The position numbers were made by a program, and so were the translations under genes. Below are positions 1 through 11,257 of a DNA stretch of 64,000 nt, piece after piece. This stretch comes from Calcarisporiella thermophila CBS 279.70 (lineage: Eukaryota; Fungi; Calcarisporiellomycota), in contig NW_027192217.1 in the NCBI RefSeq assembly GCF_041956535.1, positions 348,797 through 412,796 on the forward strand, read 5' to 3'. Position 1 is the first letter of the stretch. Each line of letters begins with the position of its first letter. The notes under the pieces were generated by a model. It saw only the letters and a list, made by a program, of their open reading frames with translations, had not been told where the DNA came from and did not search any database.

Positions 1-676
1 CTTGAGTATTGGAATGGGTCTCGCAAACGGCGAGGAAGCGGTGGCAAGTGGAGCGAAACGGAAGGATGGAGAGGAGCATGTGCAGCGCAAGTCCCCGAAC
101 GTTGTGTGGACAGAAGGGCTCAATGATGTAGCAGAAGGAGGGCAACCGACAGATAAAGGCGAAGACGTGACAAGTAGTTCCTCCCCAGCCTCTCTTATTT
201 CTCCTGCTGCTGCACCGACAGAGACTCCGGCCCCCACATCCAATGCCAAAACAGGGCGTAAACCACATCGCGAGCTCCTCACCGAGGAGGAAAAGCGCGC
301 AAATCACATTGCATCCGAACAAAAGCGTCGGAATCTTATTCGCTCAGGCTTCCGAGATCTCACGGAAATAGTTCCATCGCTGCGAAATGCAAATCACTCC
401 AAAAGCACCGTACTTTTCCAGGCCATCGAGTATATTCAGCGGCTGGAACAGCAAACTCGAATATTGCGTGAAAGAGTAGCGGTGATGGAGGTGCGTGCAG
501 AGAATAAATTCTATGGCCATATGCAAGGAGATATAAATGGGATAGGTGGGGTCAATCCTGATGGGAATTTGATGATCATGGATGAAGCAAGAAGATACTA
601 TGTACAGCAGCAACCTTCTCAACCTCCTCCGCCAGTGTCACAACCTCACTCTCCCGGTCAAAAATATACTTCTTAG
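1..676 (+). CDS. bHLH(-ZIP) transcription factor, Mlx/Ino4-like, 5'-partial
   Basis: EEKRANHIASEQKRRNLIRSGFRDLTEIVP...SKSTVLFQAIEYIQRLE basic-helix-loop-helix followed by a coiled coil; frame open at window edge. Confidence 0.85.
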   Translation, partial: LSIGMGLANGEEAVASGAKRKDGEEHVQRKSPNVVWTEGLNDVAEGGQPTDKGEDVTSSSSPASLISPAAAPTETPAPTSNAKTGRKPHRELLTEEEKRANHIASEQKRRNLIRSGFRDLTEIVPSLRNANHSKSTVLFQAIEYIQRLEQQTRILRERVAVMEVRAENKFYGHMQGDINGIGGVNPDGNLMIMDEARRYYVQQQPSQPPPPVSQPHSPGQKYTS

Positions 677-1680
677 CGCTAACTTCTTTCAGGGGCTTTC
701 ATTTAATTTCTCTCTTTTTTTTATTTTTTGGTTCTCAGCTATCTATATTTTTTATATATAATTTCTGTCAATTCGTTTTCTTTTTGAATGTCTCCTTAAC
801 TATGAGATTCTTCTGTTCCTCCCTCTTCATTCTCTTCTTCTAAATGTGTGTTTTTTTCATTTTGTTATTTGCATACTCTAATTTTATTTCCGTTTATTTT
901 TTTTTTCTCTGTAATTTTAAAAAGGAATATATCTCCTATTGGTGAAAATCATAATTGTTTTGACAAGAGATATCGAAAACAAAGTGTAATAGAAGTGGAG
1001 AATACTATCAATATGCGCTAGGGTCGTACTTATTTCTGTCCTGGGTACAATGCAAGAATTTTCATTTCTTCCATTACTCTGCTAAAGCATTGAGGTTCAC
1101 TTATAAAAAGTGCCCAAGATTCTCCAAAAGAATTCGTTGATTATCTAATTTAATCACATTTGTATATTTAGGTTATATTTTGACTACCTATATTTTAGTA
1201 CAAAATCGAGTCTTGAAAGGACCCAATTGACCCCTTCTTAAGGTAGTTTGTTAATATACAGCAAGTGGATGTAAATCTTTTATTTCAATAGTTAATTAGC
1301 TACGGCGGAATATTTTTCTCGTTAGCTCTCTCAATTCAGTTTTACGATAACTAGGATTCACACAAAGATATGGTTTATTTAAATGATGGCGATGATACTA
1401 GCACTTATTCAACTAGTGCTGTTATTACTTTCTGACAACGGTATCCACATAAATGATTATTAAAGAGTTTGTTGATTAAATAGGTGAGAATATCTATACT
1501 CGACATCGATCATTGAAGTAGTACCCCGAGCAAAAATGAATACAATAATGAATTCATGTAAATTGGAATGATTCATATAATAATCAAGTTTTCATTATGA
1601 AAAGATACAAATAAAACCACCAGTATAGGAGCAGCTGGTTAGAATAGCTTTTCTTTTGTTTTCTCTGCGCGATTTTGATT

Positions 1681-4600
1681 TCACTGTACGGGGTGAGATC
1701 CGTACTGATTGATGAATGTGATAATACCATCGAGAGTGCGTGGGCCTCGGTAGTCCAGCGGCTGTTTTCGCCCGTCGATAAACAAGCGGATGGTGGATTC
1801 CCATGTATATAATCCAGCGTCCCATGGAAGCTCATTTTTCTCGACATTGAATTTGGCTACACGCAAACCGCTGTTTGCGGGATTACTGCGTACACGCTTC
1901 GCCAATTCCTCCCATGTTTCTGCCAAAGAATCTGGTTTACAACCAGTGTCCTGATATAGCATTAAAAGAACATCTTTGCCAGGCTCTCGTACAAACTTAT
2001 CCCATTCATCCCGTACTATTACTGTAACTGGTGCATCATTGGTGGCGGGCACCGGTTGGGATTTAATGTAGGGCTTTAATTTTCCCTCCAAGTAAGAAGT
2101 GACAAAATCCCGAATATGCTCTGCGTTTAGATCTTTCTGATTCAGAAGATATTTGTATTTAGGTGTGCTATCGGTGCTCATCCTCGATGTAGAGTGTTTG
2201 TATTCGAATTCATGCTCCACAGTCTTAGCGGGTTGATATATTCCAAAAGCGGGTAACGTTTGCAATATCTCGGTCAAATCATCGAAATCTTCAGTATACG
2301 CTCCCCTAGATTTTTTAGTCCATAGGAAATCCAGTTTACCGCGGAAGATGCGGGCAACATCGGCCGTAGCGTTACGCAACTGAGGGTCATCCTTTTCAAG
2401 GAATAGATATGCCTTGGGTAAATCTCGGTTGTAATAGTTGAACTCAAATGGCAAACCGTGATCATCTGCATTGCGAAGAAGGGGCACAGCATTATTCTTT
2501 ACGAACTGTTTAACTCCATCTTCCGTGATATCCCCGTCATATATCACCCGTGGCTCATCGAATTTGCGGAACATCACCACCCCCGGTACCTGCACTCCAT
2601 ACTTAGCCGCCGCCTCTGCATTTGTAGTGACTCCAAACACATAATTGAAGTTATATTCGGCAACTTGTTCCATTACTGCCAAATGCTCTTGGTCATTTTC
2701 GCCGAGGAATGCAATCACTACCACAATATACGAATCCTTGAAAGTATCGACGTCTTGTCCACTGAGAGCAGTCAATGGTTGTCTAAATGATTGAAAACAC
2801 ATTCGTGAGACTAAGATTAAAGCTTTGTATGATATCAAAATTTGCAGTAAAACAGATTTTTTGGACTGGGAAAATGAAAAGAGGAAAAGCAATACGACAT
2901 AAAGATAGGATTGGATTCTTTCACTTACGAATAGTTGCGAGAGGGGCGTGGTGTATAATCCTCTTTTTCGACTGTGGGGACTCCAGTTAGATCGATTTCT
3001 ACGGGATGCGAGGAGTTTGTCTTTAGGAATTCAACGATGTCGTGCAAGGAATATTTTCCTTTGTACGATATCGGCATGTTACTTCCTGGCTTGAAAAGCT
3101 TAATACCTTCAGCTGACCCTGCACTCTCTGGTATGCTGTTAGCATCGGCATCAATTTGAGCGATACGCAAATGAGCATTGACTGGATTGGCTCGCACCCG
3201 TTTACCCAGCTCTTCCCATACAGAGGGTGGTTCTTCCTCATTAAAACAGCACAAGTTTGAGTAGAATCGCAATAGTACGTCCTTGGTTGGGTCAATCACT
3301 AGCTTGTTGAATTCAGCAGCCACTACTTCCACCACAGGACCATCGTTAGACACGGGGATGGGTGCTGATCTCATTGGTGGCTTGAGTTGGCCTGCTAAAT
3401 AAGCATCCAAGTGTTGCCGAATTCGTTGAATCGTCAATGGGGTGCTTTGGTCCAGTGGATATCTATCATGCAACAGAAGACATTTGATATTCAGAACATT
3501 GGAAAGGGAGAAAATGACTGGAAAGTCACTATAATATTTTTAGTGCAAACTTTGATTACCCAACACCACTTCCACTAGTGGAATACACGACTCCTCCGCT
3601 TGGAAGGTGTTTCTCTTCAACTATTGGTTTGCCAATTGCAAATGCAGGCCATTGATCCTTGAGATTGAGTTGTTTTGCTTTACTATACAACGCGTCGCCC
3701 TTTTCTACACTATAGAAAAAAGCAAATTTGCCATCGTATTCTCTAGCCACATCCTCCATAGCTTGTCGCAACTCGACACTCTTATCATCATGAGTAATAA
3801 AGAGATATCCTATTGGTGTGGTTATATTTTTGCGTGTCCCACGGCCGCTTCGTATTGAATGTATTTCAGGCATCCATGGCTTTGACTCTAAGTCGAAGAA
3901 TTTAACCAGACTTGAGATGGTAAAGTCCCCACTATAGGTGGCGAATTTCTTGCGGAAATCGTTGAAGAGAAGTACACCAGGAAGTTTAATGTTATACTTC
4001 TCCAAAGCAGCCGGATCCGTTGTCACCCCTAGTACTGCTTCATACTTCAGCGACTCAGCAAGCTGATTAATGATAGTGGGTGTTGTCTGGTCACTCTGTT
4101 CTAAAAACGCAATGATCACATTTCTATAGTAGTTCTTGAAGATGTCCACTTCTGCAGCATTTAACTTCGACACAGGCGGGACAATTGCTCTAATGAGATA
4201 AGGAGGCAAATGGATGAAGATGTGGTGAATAATCTATTGAATTTTGTCCATTAATCATCAAAAGTGTACTCTATTTCTATAGAGTGAGGAATATGGCCAG
4301 TATATAGCCAGCTCCTTTGAAGGAATATGAGAACCAACCTTTTGACATAATCAACCAATTTGTATTCAAAGTTGAATAGATCGGTGTATTCCCCATCCTT
4401 GCGGTAGAACCGCATAGTCGGGTAGCTCTCGATCGCTTGCTCCTTACATAGGTCAACCGAATCCATACAATCCACTTTGGCGAGCTTGACATTGAGAGGC
4501 TTGAGTTTTGTCGCTGCATTCTCATACGGCTCGACAAGAATACTGGATCCGCTACTCCAAGCCGTGTAAAATGTCACGACAATACTATCGGTATTGCAAA

Positions 4601-4905
4601 GCATAGAGTATGTGGATTAGATTAGTATCAGATAGAGATCAATCTTGTTAATATATGCACGTAATTTCAAAGAAAGTATACAGAGAATATCACAGACTAC
4701 TTGGCGCAATGGGAACGGCTGCAATAAGGAATACTTACAACTTCTCATTTGGTACCACGCTATGGAATGTATCTTTATCAAGAAGGAGAACATCGGAAGG
4801 AACAGCGGTGGTGTTGATGACTGATAGTCCCCGTTCAAATACTGATGCGTTGACGAAGGAGGCAGCAGCTAAAGCCAGCGAGCATAGATATTTCACTGGC
4901 TTCAT
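1681..4905 (-). CDS. Protein disulfide isomerase-like protein, 5 exons, a-b-b'-a'-b-b'-a' architecture, no CxxC
   Basis: Signal peptide MKPVKYLCSLALAAAS from ATG 4905; GT-AG introns near 4738, 4337, 3559, 2928 join the thioredoxin-fold ORFs in frame; PDI motifs LAKVDC...IESYPT and x-linker KSQPVP/RSAPIP twice. Confidence 0.8.
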
Positions 4906-5816
4906 AACTTATTAGAAGGATAGCGTAAATTCGAGGAAGCTATTGTTCACGAATTCAGTAAGTTAGTTAAGAATGCAATGAGTGAAAGTTATAGTGGAAT
5001 ATTACCTCGATGGACTGAACAAGAATTACTCTTCAGCTACTACGCAAAAATTGAAGGCACTACAATTTTTGAAATTCAGTGAGTGCTGTAGAGATAGGCG
5101 GGTATAAATACTTCAATAAACTCCTCAAAGAAACCCTAAAATACTGCCGTCCTGTCGCAATAATATTTAGGTTCCACAATGACAGATTGACTCTTAACCA
5201 CAAAGCTTAGAGTGCTATCTGGTGTGATGTCAAAATAATAACCATTGCTTCGGTAGAGGCTTAGAAGTGCACAAACTTTGAATGAAATGAAGTTAAACCT
5301 GAAAAACCGGATAAGGAGTAGCCACACCCTATAATATTAGCTAGGCAGCGTGGGAGCACGAAAATGTTAAACGTTACTATTAGTACTCTGAGCTCTCAAG
5401 ACCGGCAGTGAAATTGTTTGAAATAGTTGCAATTTTTTTTCGTGTAGCTGCGCGTCTCATCAAATGCTTAGAAAGTCTCTATAGTTATTATATATACTGA
5501 TAAAATCAGCATTTTAGCCTCTCGATTAGAATATACACTCGCCAATTGTGAAATAGAAACTATTATATATGGGAAGAGAGAGTACTTTTTCAAAATTGAA
5601 TTTCGGGTGAGAGCATGTTTGATATACAGGTTCTTTTATGACCACAAAAGGTGTGGATCATAGTCCTCTATTTCACCCGATTTCCCATTGAGAACATTGT
5701 TAGAATGTAAGGCAATGTAATAGGCAGACGACTTGAGATAGCGCTCAGATAGTTAAGATAATCCACTCCTACCACACATCTCCTGTTTCCAACGTAACAC
5801 CATTTTTTGCATCTTG

Positions 5817-6326
5817 TTTTTTTTCTCTAAGGACGCGGGAACTTGCGTTCTGTGGTTTATTCGATATATATTACAAATGTGAGATATGCTTCCGAACAAG
5901 CTTATTAAGTACTACAAAAACATGGGATATAATTTAAAGAGATCTGTGCTTGGAAATGTCGGGTTAGGTGTTCTTTGCTTCCTCGAAATCGAGGGCTACC
6001 TCTTGGCAGTCATCGATCTGGATTAGCGAGCTCTTTCCCCATTTTTGCTTGAACCCTTCTTCGTCTTTTTTCCTCTGTGCCTGTATCCATTGTCCTTTGA
6101 TTGCTATGAGAAGATCTGATAAAAAGATACACTTGAATGCGATGTCCTCGTGTTCTTAGTTGTCCATTACAATTGCAATCCTGGTCTTATGTATACTCCA
6201 CACCATGATGTCGTGTAACAACATGGAGACTTGTCGATCTTTGCCCTGTGTCTCCTCGTGGAATCCGAAGAGTTTCTCGTAATTTTGCATGTTTGTCCAG
6301 GGCTTATCGAGGATCTTTTGATGGAG
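5817..6326 (-). mobile_element. 5'-truncated L1/Tx1-type LINE, family A, 3' end
   Basis: Near-identical reverse complement of 13123-13637 (ORF2 C-terminus, 3' UTR, AATAAA, poly-A). Confidence 0.9.
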
Positions 6327-6401
6327 ATCGCGCTTCCTGAATATCTATGTGGCTGCTTATATGACTTCCCCGTACAAAAAACAATTTTCTCGTAACCCGG
6401 T

Positions 6402-6600
6402 TGTTACGGGGGATTAGAGATTTTGTGGAGAAATGTACGGACTAGTTAAAAATAGGAGATTGGTGAGGAACAATAAGTAAATGTGGATGGGTTTATATAA
6501 GTCAAAAAAAAATATTATACGTAAAAATAAGAAAAATAACGAAATCGAAAAGATATTAAGAATGTCGAGACCGCTGTTGTACGTGTTGTGATATTACACT
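6402..6600 (-). mobile_element. Possible LTR relic
   Basis: Ends CCCGTAACA on the minus strand; patchy similarity to 13830-13959 (TATA region and terminus); far boundary unclear. Confidence 0.35.
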
Positions 6601-6668
6601 ATATTTGTCATGATACTCGTGAATATTGAACTTGCACCCTACGCTACACTCATACTACGCTCTCGAAT

Positions 6669-7507
6669 TTTTTTTTTTTGATCAATCAACGGAAAGTTTT
6701 ATTAGTTTCCGTAGCTTACAAGAGTTTAATGATTACAATGAAAAAAGAAAGGGGGGAATAAAGGGGTGGGGATATATTTAGGCGGCAAGGTGGAACTTTT
6801 TTTTGATTTTGACAATATATGTTAGCCCAGAAAGAGGGAGAAGAGAAGAAGGTAAAGAAACGCAAGGGGGTAAGAACATAGCGAAGGTGATAAACGTGGA
6901 GTAAGGGAATAAAGAGTAGATTAAATGTGTATAGTGATCGGGTATTTGGTGAGGGATATGAAGTAAAGAGGAGGGGAGGAGCTAAAGAGTGGATAGGGAG
7001 TAGAGAAGAAGGCAAAGAAACGCAAGGGGGTAAGAACATAGCGAAGGTGATAAACGTGGAGTAAGGGAATAAAGGGTAGATTAAATGTATATAGTGATCG
7101 GGTATTTGGTGAGGGATATGAAGTAAAGAGGAGGGGAGGAGCTAAAGAGTGGATAGGGAGAGAGAAAGGGTTGCTTCGTCACTCCAGTTTTAGTTTTGCT
7201 CTATCCGAACTTTCCATTACCGCTCCCTGACTGCACCACCTTCTTCGGGATAACTCCATCTCTCGTCTTTTTCGTGCATTTATCAGTTCACCTCCGATAG
7301 CCTCCTCGATGTCCATTTTGGCACGGACGATGATTGTCTCGGGTGGTGCTCAAGTGCATTCGAAATGGTAGGCGATTCGGTCCCGATGGATTTGCCATAA
7401 CACCGAATCAAAGACGATTTGAGCCGCGTGTCTTACTGTCCTTGGGGCTTCTGGTAGGTCGCCAAGTACGAGATTCCTGGGGTTCAGCACCCGTGTGTTT
7501 AAGGGGC
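6669..7507 (-). mobile_element. 5'-truncated L1/Tx1-type LINE, family B
   Basis: Reverse complement of 11580-12106; poly-A tail; 15-bp TSD ACTACGCTCTCGAAT at 6654-6668 and 7508-7522. Confidence 0.9.
6854..7166. repeat. ~160-bp tandem duplication in the LINE-B 3' UTR
   Basis: AAAGAAACGCAAGGGGGTAAG...GGATAGGGAG unit starts at 6854 and again at 7014. Confidence 0.9.
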
Positions 7508-7524
7508 ACTACGCTCTCGAATAC

Positions 7525-7861
7525 TTTTTTTTTATCAATCAATGGAAACTTTTTATTTAATTTCCATATATTACATGAAGTTAATGTCAATGGACTTAAC
7601 ATGACGAGATATAGGTCCTTGATCGATAGGCGTTCAATCGATATGCGTGTATCATAGTTATCGTGAATAGCATGTACGTGAAACCGATGTAATCTTTGTA
7701 TTTATCGTAGGAGCGATCTTTTCAATAATGAAGACTCAATTTCTGATCAAGTGGACAGCAGCCACAAACTAAGAGTAAGTGCTGGTGGGGGAAGTGGGAT
7801 TCGAACCCACGCCGTTCTCATCGGCACACCAGGGATAGTCCACTACACTAACCCTCCCCCC
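7525..7861 (-). mobile_element. tRNA-derived SINE, family 1 (full length)
   Basis: Head with A box TAGTGTAGTGG and B box GGTTCGAATCC, unique body, AATAAA and poly-A; TSD GCTCTCGAATAC at 7513-7524 and 7866-7877; other copies at 16651-16741 and 17421-17768. Confidence 0.9.
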
Positions 7862-7929
7862 TCATGCTCTCGAATACTTTGTGACTGTCAAAGTGGTTTG
7901 CTCGTATGAAAAATTAATTTTCTAGTAAC

Positions 7930-8177
7930 TGTCATAAACTAGAGCGATATAACTAGGGGATACTCGGGGAACATAGGTAAAACTCTAGGTTTATTCAAGA
8001 ACAAGGTGTGTATGTTGGAAGTTCTCATTAGAGTGCTCCTTTTATAATATAAGATATAATAACTATATAACCTGTTAACTAATAAAGCTAATGAATACTG
8101 GTTTATAACTACTTCCTAATTAATGTCGGAGCTTGAATATCGTTGGGATAGCTTGATATGTGACTCGAGTTATGACA
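7930..8177 (+). mobile_element. Solo LTR 1 (248 bp)
   Basis: TG...CA ends with inverted termini TGTCATAAACTAGAG / CTCGAGTTATGACA; 4-bp TSD TAAC on both sides; TATA-like at ~8043, AATAAA at 8081. Confidence 0.75.
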
Positions 8178-8181
8178 TAAC

Positions 8182-8424
8182 TGTTAGAATCTGCGTAGTA
8201 CATGCGAGGATAGTTAAGATAATTACTGGTTTATTAAACAAGAATACTATCTGGAACTTAGGATGTCTCCCTTTACTATAGCGGGAGTTCTGTTCAATAT
8301 ATACTAAAAGAATTACATTACAACGATTACTTAATAATGCTCCGATAATGCTCCGAAATAGCAGGGCTTGAGGGATTACGTGGCTTAGTTGTCCTACTGC
8401 AGATATCTCGATACGATTCCAACA
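8182..8424 (-). mobile_element. Solo LTR 2 (243 bp), 15 bp upstream of tRNA-Gly
   Basis: Inverted termini TGTTAGAATC / GATTCCAACA (9/10); TSD TAAC at 8178-8181 and 8425-8428; TATA-like and AATAAA on the minus strand. Confidence 0.72.
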
Positions 8425-8439
8425 TAACACGGTAACAAA

Positions 8440-8510
8440 GCAACTGTGGTCTAGTGGTAGAATTTCACCCTCCCAAGGTGGAGACCCGGGTTCGATTCCC
8501 GGCAGTTGCA
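8440..8510 (+). tRNA. tRNA-Gly(CCC)
   Basis: Acceptor GCAACTG/CAGTTGC, anticodon loop CTCCCAA, T-loop TTCGATT, downstream T-run. Confidence 0.95.
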
Positions 8511-8810
8511 ATGGTGATTCTAAGAACATCAAATTTTTAAAATTTATCCCGATGGCGTATTTTTTTCAGACTAGGGATCTATTCTTCTTTGGTATTAGAA
8601 AATTAAGAAAAATTGATAGTGCATAAAAGTAGGTTAGGTTAGATAATGTGGGCAATTTTCGCCTCCTATTGTTCTTAGCTTTCGCTCTCCGTTAATCAGT
8701 TGATCATAATCGATTTTTAATTTTTTTTCTTGATTCTGATCTATACAGAAATCCTCTAATTAACATACTACTCAATTCTTCGTATTGCGCATATATCTTT
8801 GTTTTCTCGA

Positions 8811-10832
8811 ATGCCATCAACGAATCCAAGCATTCCAGTACCAACTAGTTCCGATTCTTCCAATAATGTAACACGTCACGCTCCCCACGAATCCATTTCA
8901 TCTTACACGCTGCCTGCATACCTTCAAAATACAATGTATGCTGCTTTACAGCCTACTTCCTCTACAGCAGTAGAATCCACACATTCGATTACCAAAGAAG
9001 GAGGTGGAGATTGCGAATGGAGATTGCCAACAGCTTGGAACCCGAAAGAGAAATGTCAGCTACTGGATTTGTCGAGAGATTGCCTTAGAGTGTCTTACAA
9101 AGGCAGTTATTCTACCTGTTACATTAATTTCTTTGGAATATATGGAATATTGATTTAATTTTAATCTTAATAGGATGCGGCAAAGAAGATCAAGATGCTG
9201 CAGCGGTTCGTGCGAATTACTCGATGCCATCACAGTGTGGATTGTTTTATTATGAGGTCGAGATATTAAGCAAAGGACGAGATGGATATATAGGAATAGG
9301 TTTTTGTACAGGGAATGTAAAACTTGATCGCTTACCTGGTAATATAATTTTATTGGTTTTTTGGGCTCACTATTGAGGATCCCATTGATAATTATGAATA
9401 ACCTATATTATCATAAAGGCTGGGAACCAAATTCGTGGGGTTATCACGGAGATGACGGCTGTTCATTTAATTCGTCTGGCCAAGGTAGAAAATACGGCCC
9501 TTGCTTTACTACGGGCGACATCATTGGCTGTGGTGTAAACTTTATGGATAATACCGCATTCTACACGAAAAACGGGGTGCATCTTGGTAACTTCAGGGCA
9601 TATACCTGAGCAAAGAAGGATTTTTTTTCAATTTATCTATTTCTTATTTTATAGGGATTGCGTTTAAAAATCTTTCCAATTCCCCGTTATTCCCTTCTGT
9701 GGGGCTGCGCACTCCAGGAGAGCTTGTGGAAGCAAATTTTGGACAACGTGCTTTTCGCTTTGATATCCTCAATTTTTACAATGAAGAGCGCAAACGTCTA
9801 TGGAGAACTATCAATGCGTTTCCATATCCATATCTTTCCGCAAGTCCTTCGACACCTGCTGCCCCTACTTCAGGTGGAAGTTCAGAGGGTGAGAAGGACC
9901 GAAATCGAGGAGATAGTGATGAGAAATTAATGACAACTCTCAATGAACTGGTGGTCTCATATCTGGTGCATCGTGGCTACACTGAGACAGTGCACGCTTT
10001 TTCACGTCATGTTCCGTCCACTATGACCCTTGATACTTCCAAAACAAAAAAGTTGAACGGCTCTAATGCAACTGGAGACGTGGAAATGCTACCAGTTGGA
10101 AAGCATGATAAGAGCTGGCTCGAGGACGAAGAAGATATGCACCATCGCCAGCAGATTTGGAATTCTATTGTACACAAGGGAGATATAGATGCTGCGATTG
10201 AGCTTGCGTTACAGCATTATCCTTCTGTGTTTTCACAAGATAATCTGATACTTTTTCGACTAAGACGCCAAAAATTTATAGAGATGATGAGAGCATATTC
10301 TGCTAGTCGGCATGGAATGGACCTCGAGGAGGAAGAAAGTGGCAGAGAACAAGACGGAGCAGCTGCCGATTTATTGGAGGAGGACGTGGAAGGGATCAGA
10401 AATGGAATGGAGGAAACTCAAAGTGGAGATGATGCAATGGAGGTGGATGAGGGTGGTAGAGTCATGAAGAGAAATCTTGCCTTTCGCGGACTTGTGGGCG
10501 GAATTCGGAACGTGATGCAATATGGACAACGTCTCCAAGATATGTATGCAGATGATCCACGCCCTGAGGTCCGCGATGGCCTCATAGAGGCTTTTGGATT
10601 ACTTGCATATACAGACCCGTTTCAAAGCCCCATGGCTTATCTTCTCGCTCGTACTGAGAGAGAACCAGTAGCCAATGCTCTAAATTGTGCTATTTTAGTA
10701 TCACGAGGCGCACCTGCTACCACTCCTCTGGAGCGATGTTTTCGGCACGCTAGTAGTGTTGCACGGGAACTGGTGCGAATTGGACATGGCAGTGCAGCGT
10801 TCCTTAACGTGGAGAAAGATTGTCTAGTTTGA
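8811..10832 (+). CDS. RanBP9/10 (Gid1/Vid30-like) CTLH/GID complex subunit: SPRY-LisH-CTLH-CRA, 4 exons
   Basis: [41 protein letters not shown], Lis[25 protein letters not shown]. Confidence 0.9.
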
Positions 10833-11093
10833 AGTTCGATTTTTATTTTTGCTATGGACCCTTTTTTTATTTTATAATTTGTTGTGATATATCTCTGTTT
10901 TTATTGTCGATTTTTTTCACATATTATTTAGTTTTCTTTGGATGTATTGCGATAAAAAGGGAGCATCAAATATGTACTGCACCGTTTTTCACTCTAAAGC
11001 TTTTCTTTTTTTATTTACTCTTATGGCAAGAATATATTATGGTTAGGATATCTATTAATATAATGTCAATCAGTAAATAGGTAGCAAAAAAGT

Positions 11094-11165
11094 CTCTCCG
11101 GCCGGGAATTGAACCCGGGTCGCCCGCGTGACAGGCGGGAATACTAACCACTATACTACCGAAGA
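11094..11165 (-). tRNA. tRNA-Asp(GTC)
   Basis: TCTTCGGTAGTATAGTGGTTAGTATTCCCGCCTGTCACGCGGGCGACCCGGGTTCAATTCCCGGCCGGAGAG cloverleaf followed by a T-run. Confidence 0.95.
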
Positions 11166-11257
11166 TTCATTATGTTTTTGTAATGTGGAATTAGGGATTC
11201 GTGGTGAAAACAGTAAGCTCGCATTCGAGTCCGAGGACAGAAAAAAAAAAAAAACGG

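Noticed and set aside
7780-7861. tRNA-Sec or tmRNA
   Set aside because: No TCA anticodon arm, no G3:U70 pair or tag ORF; repeated with TSDs
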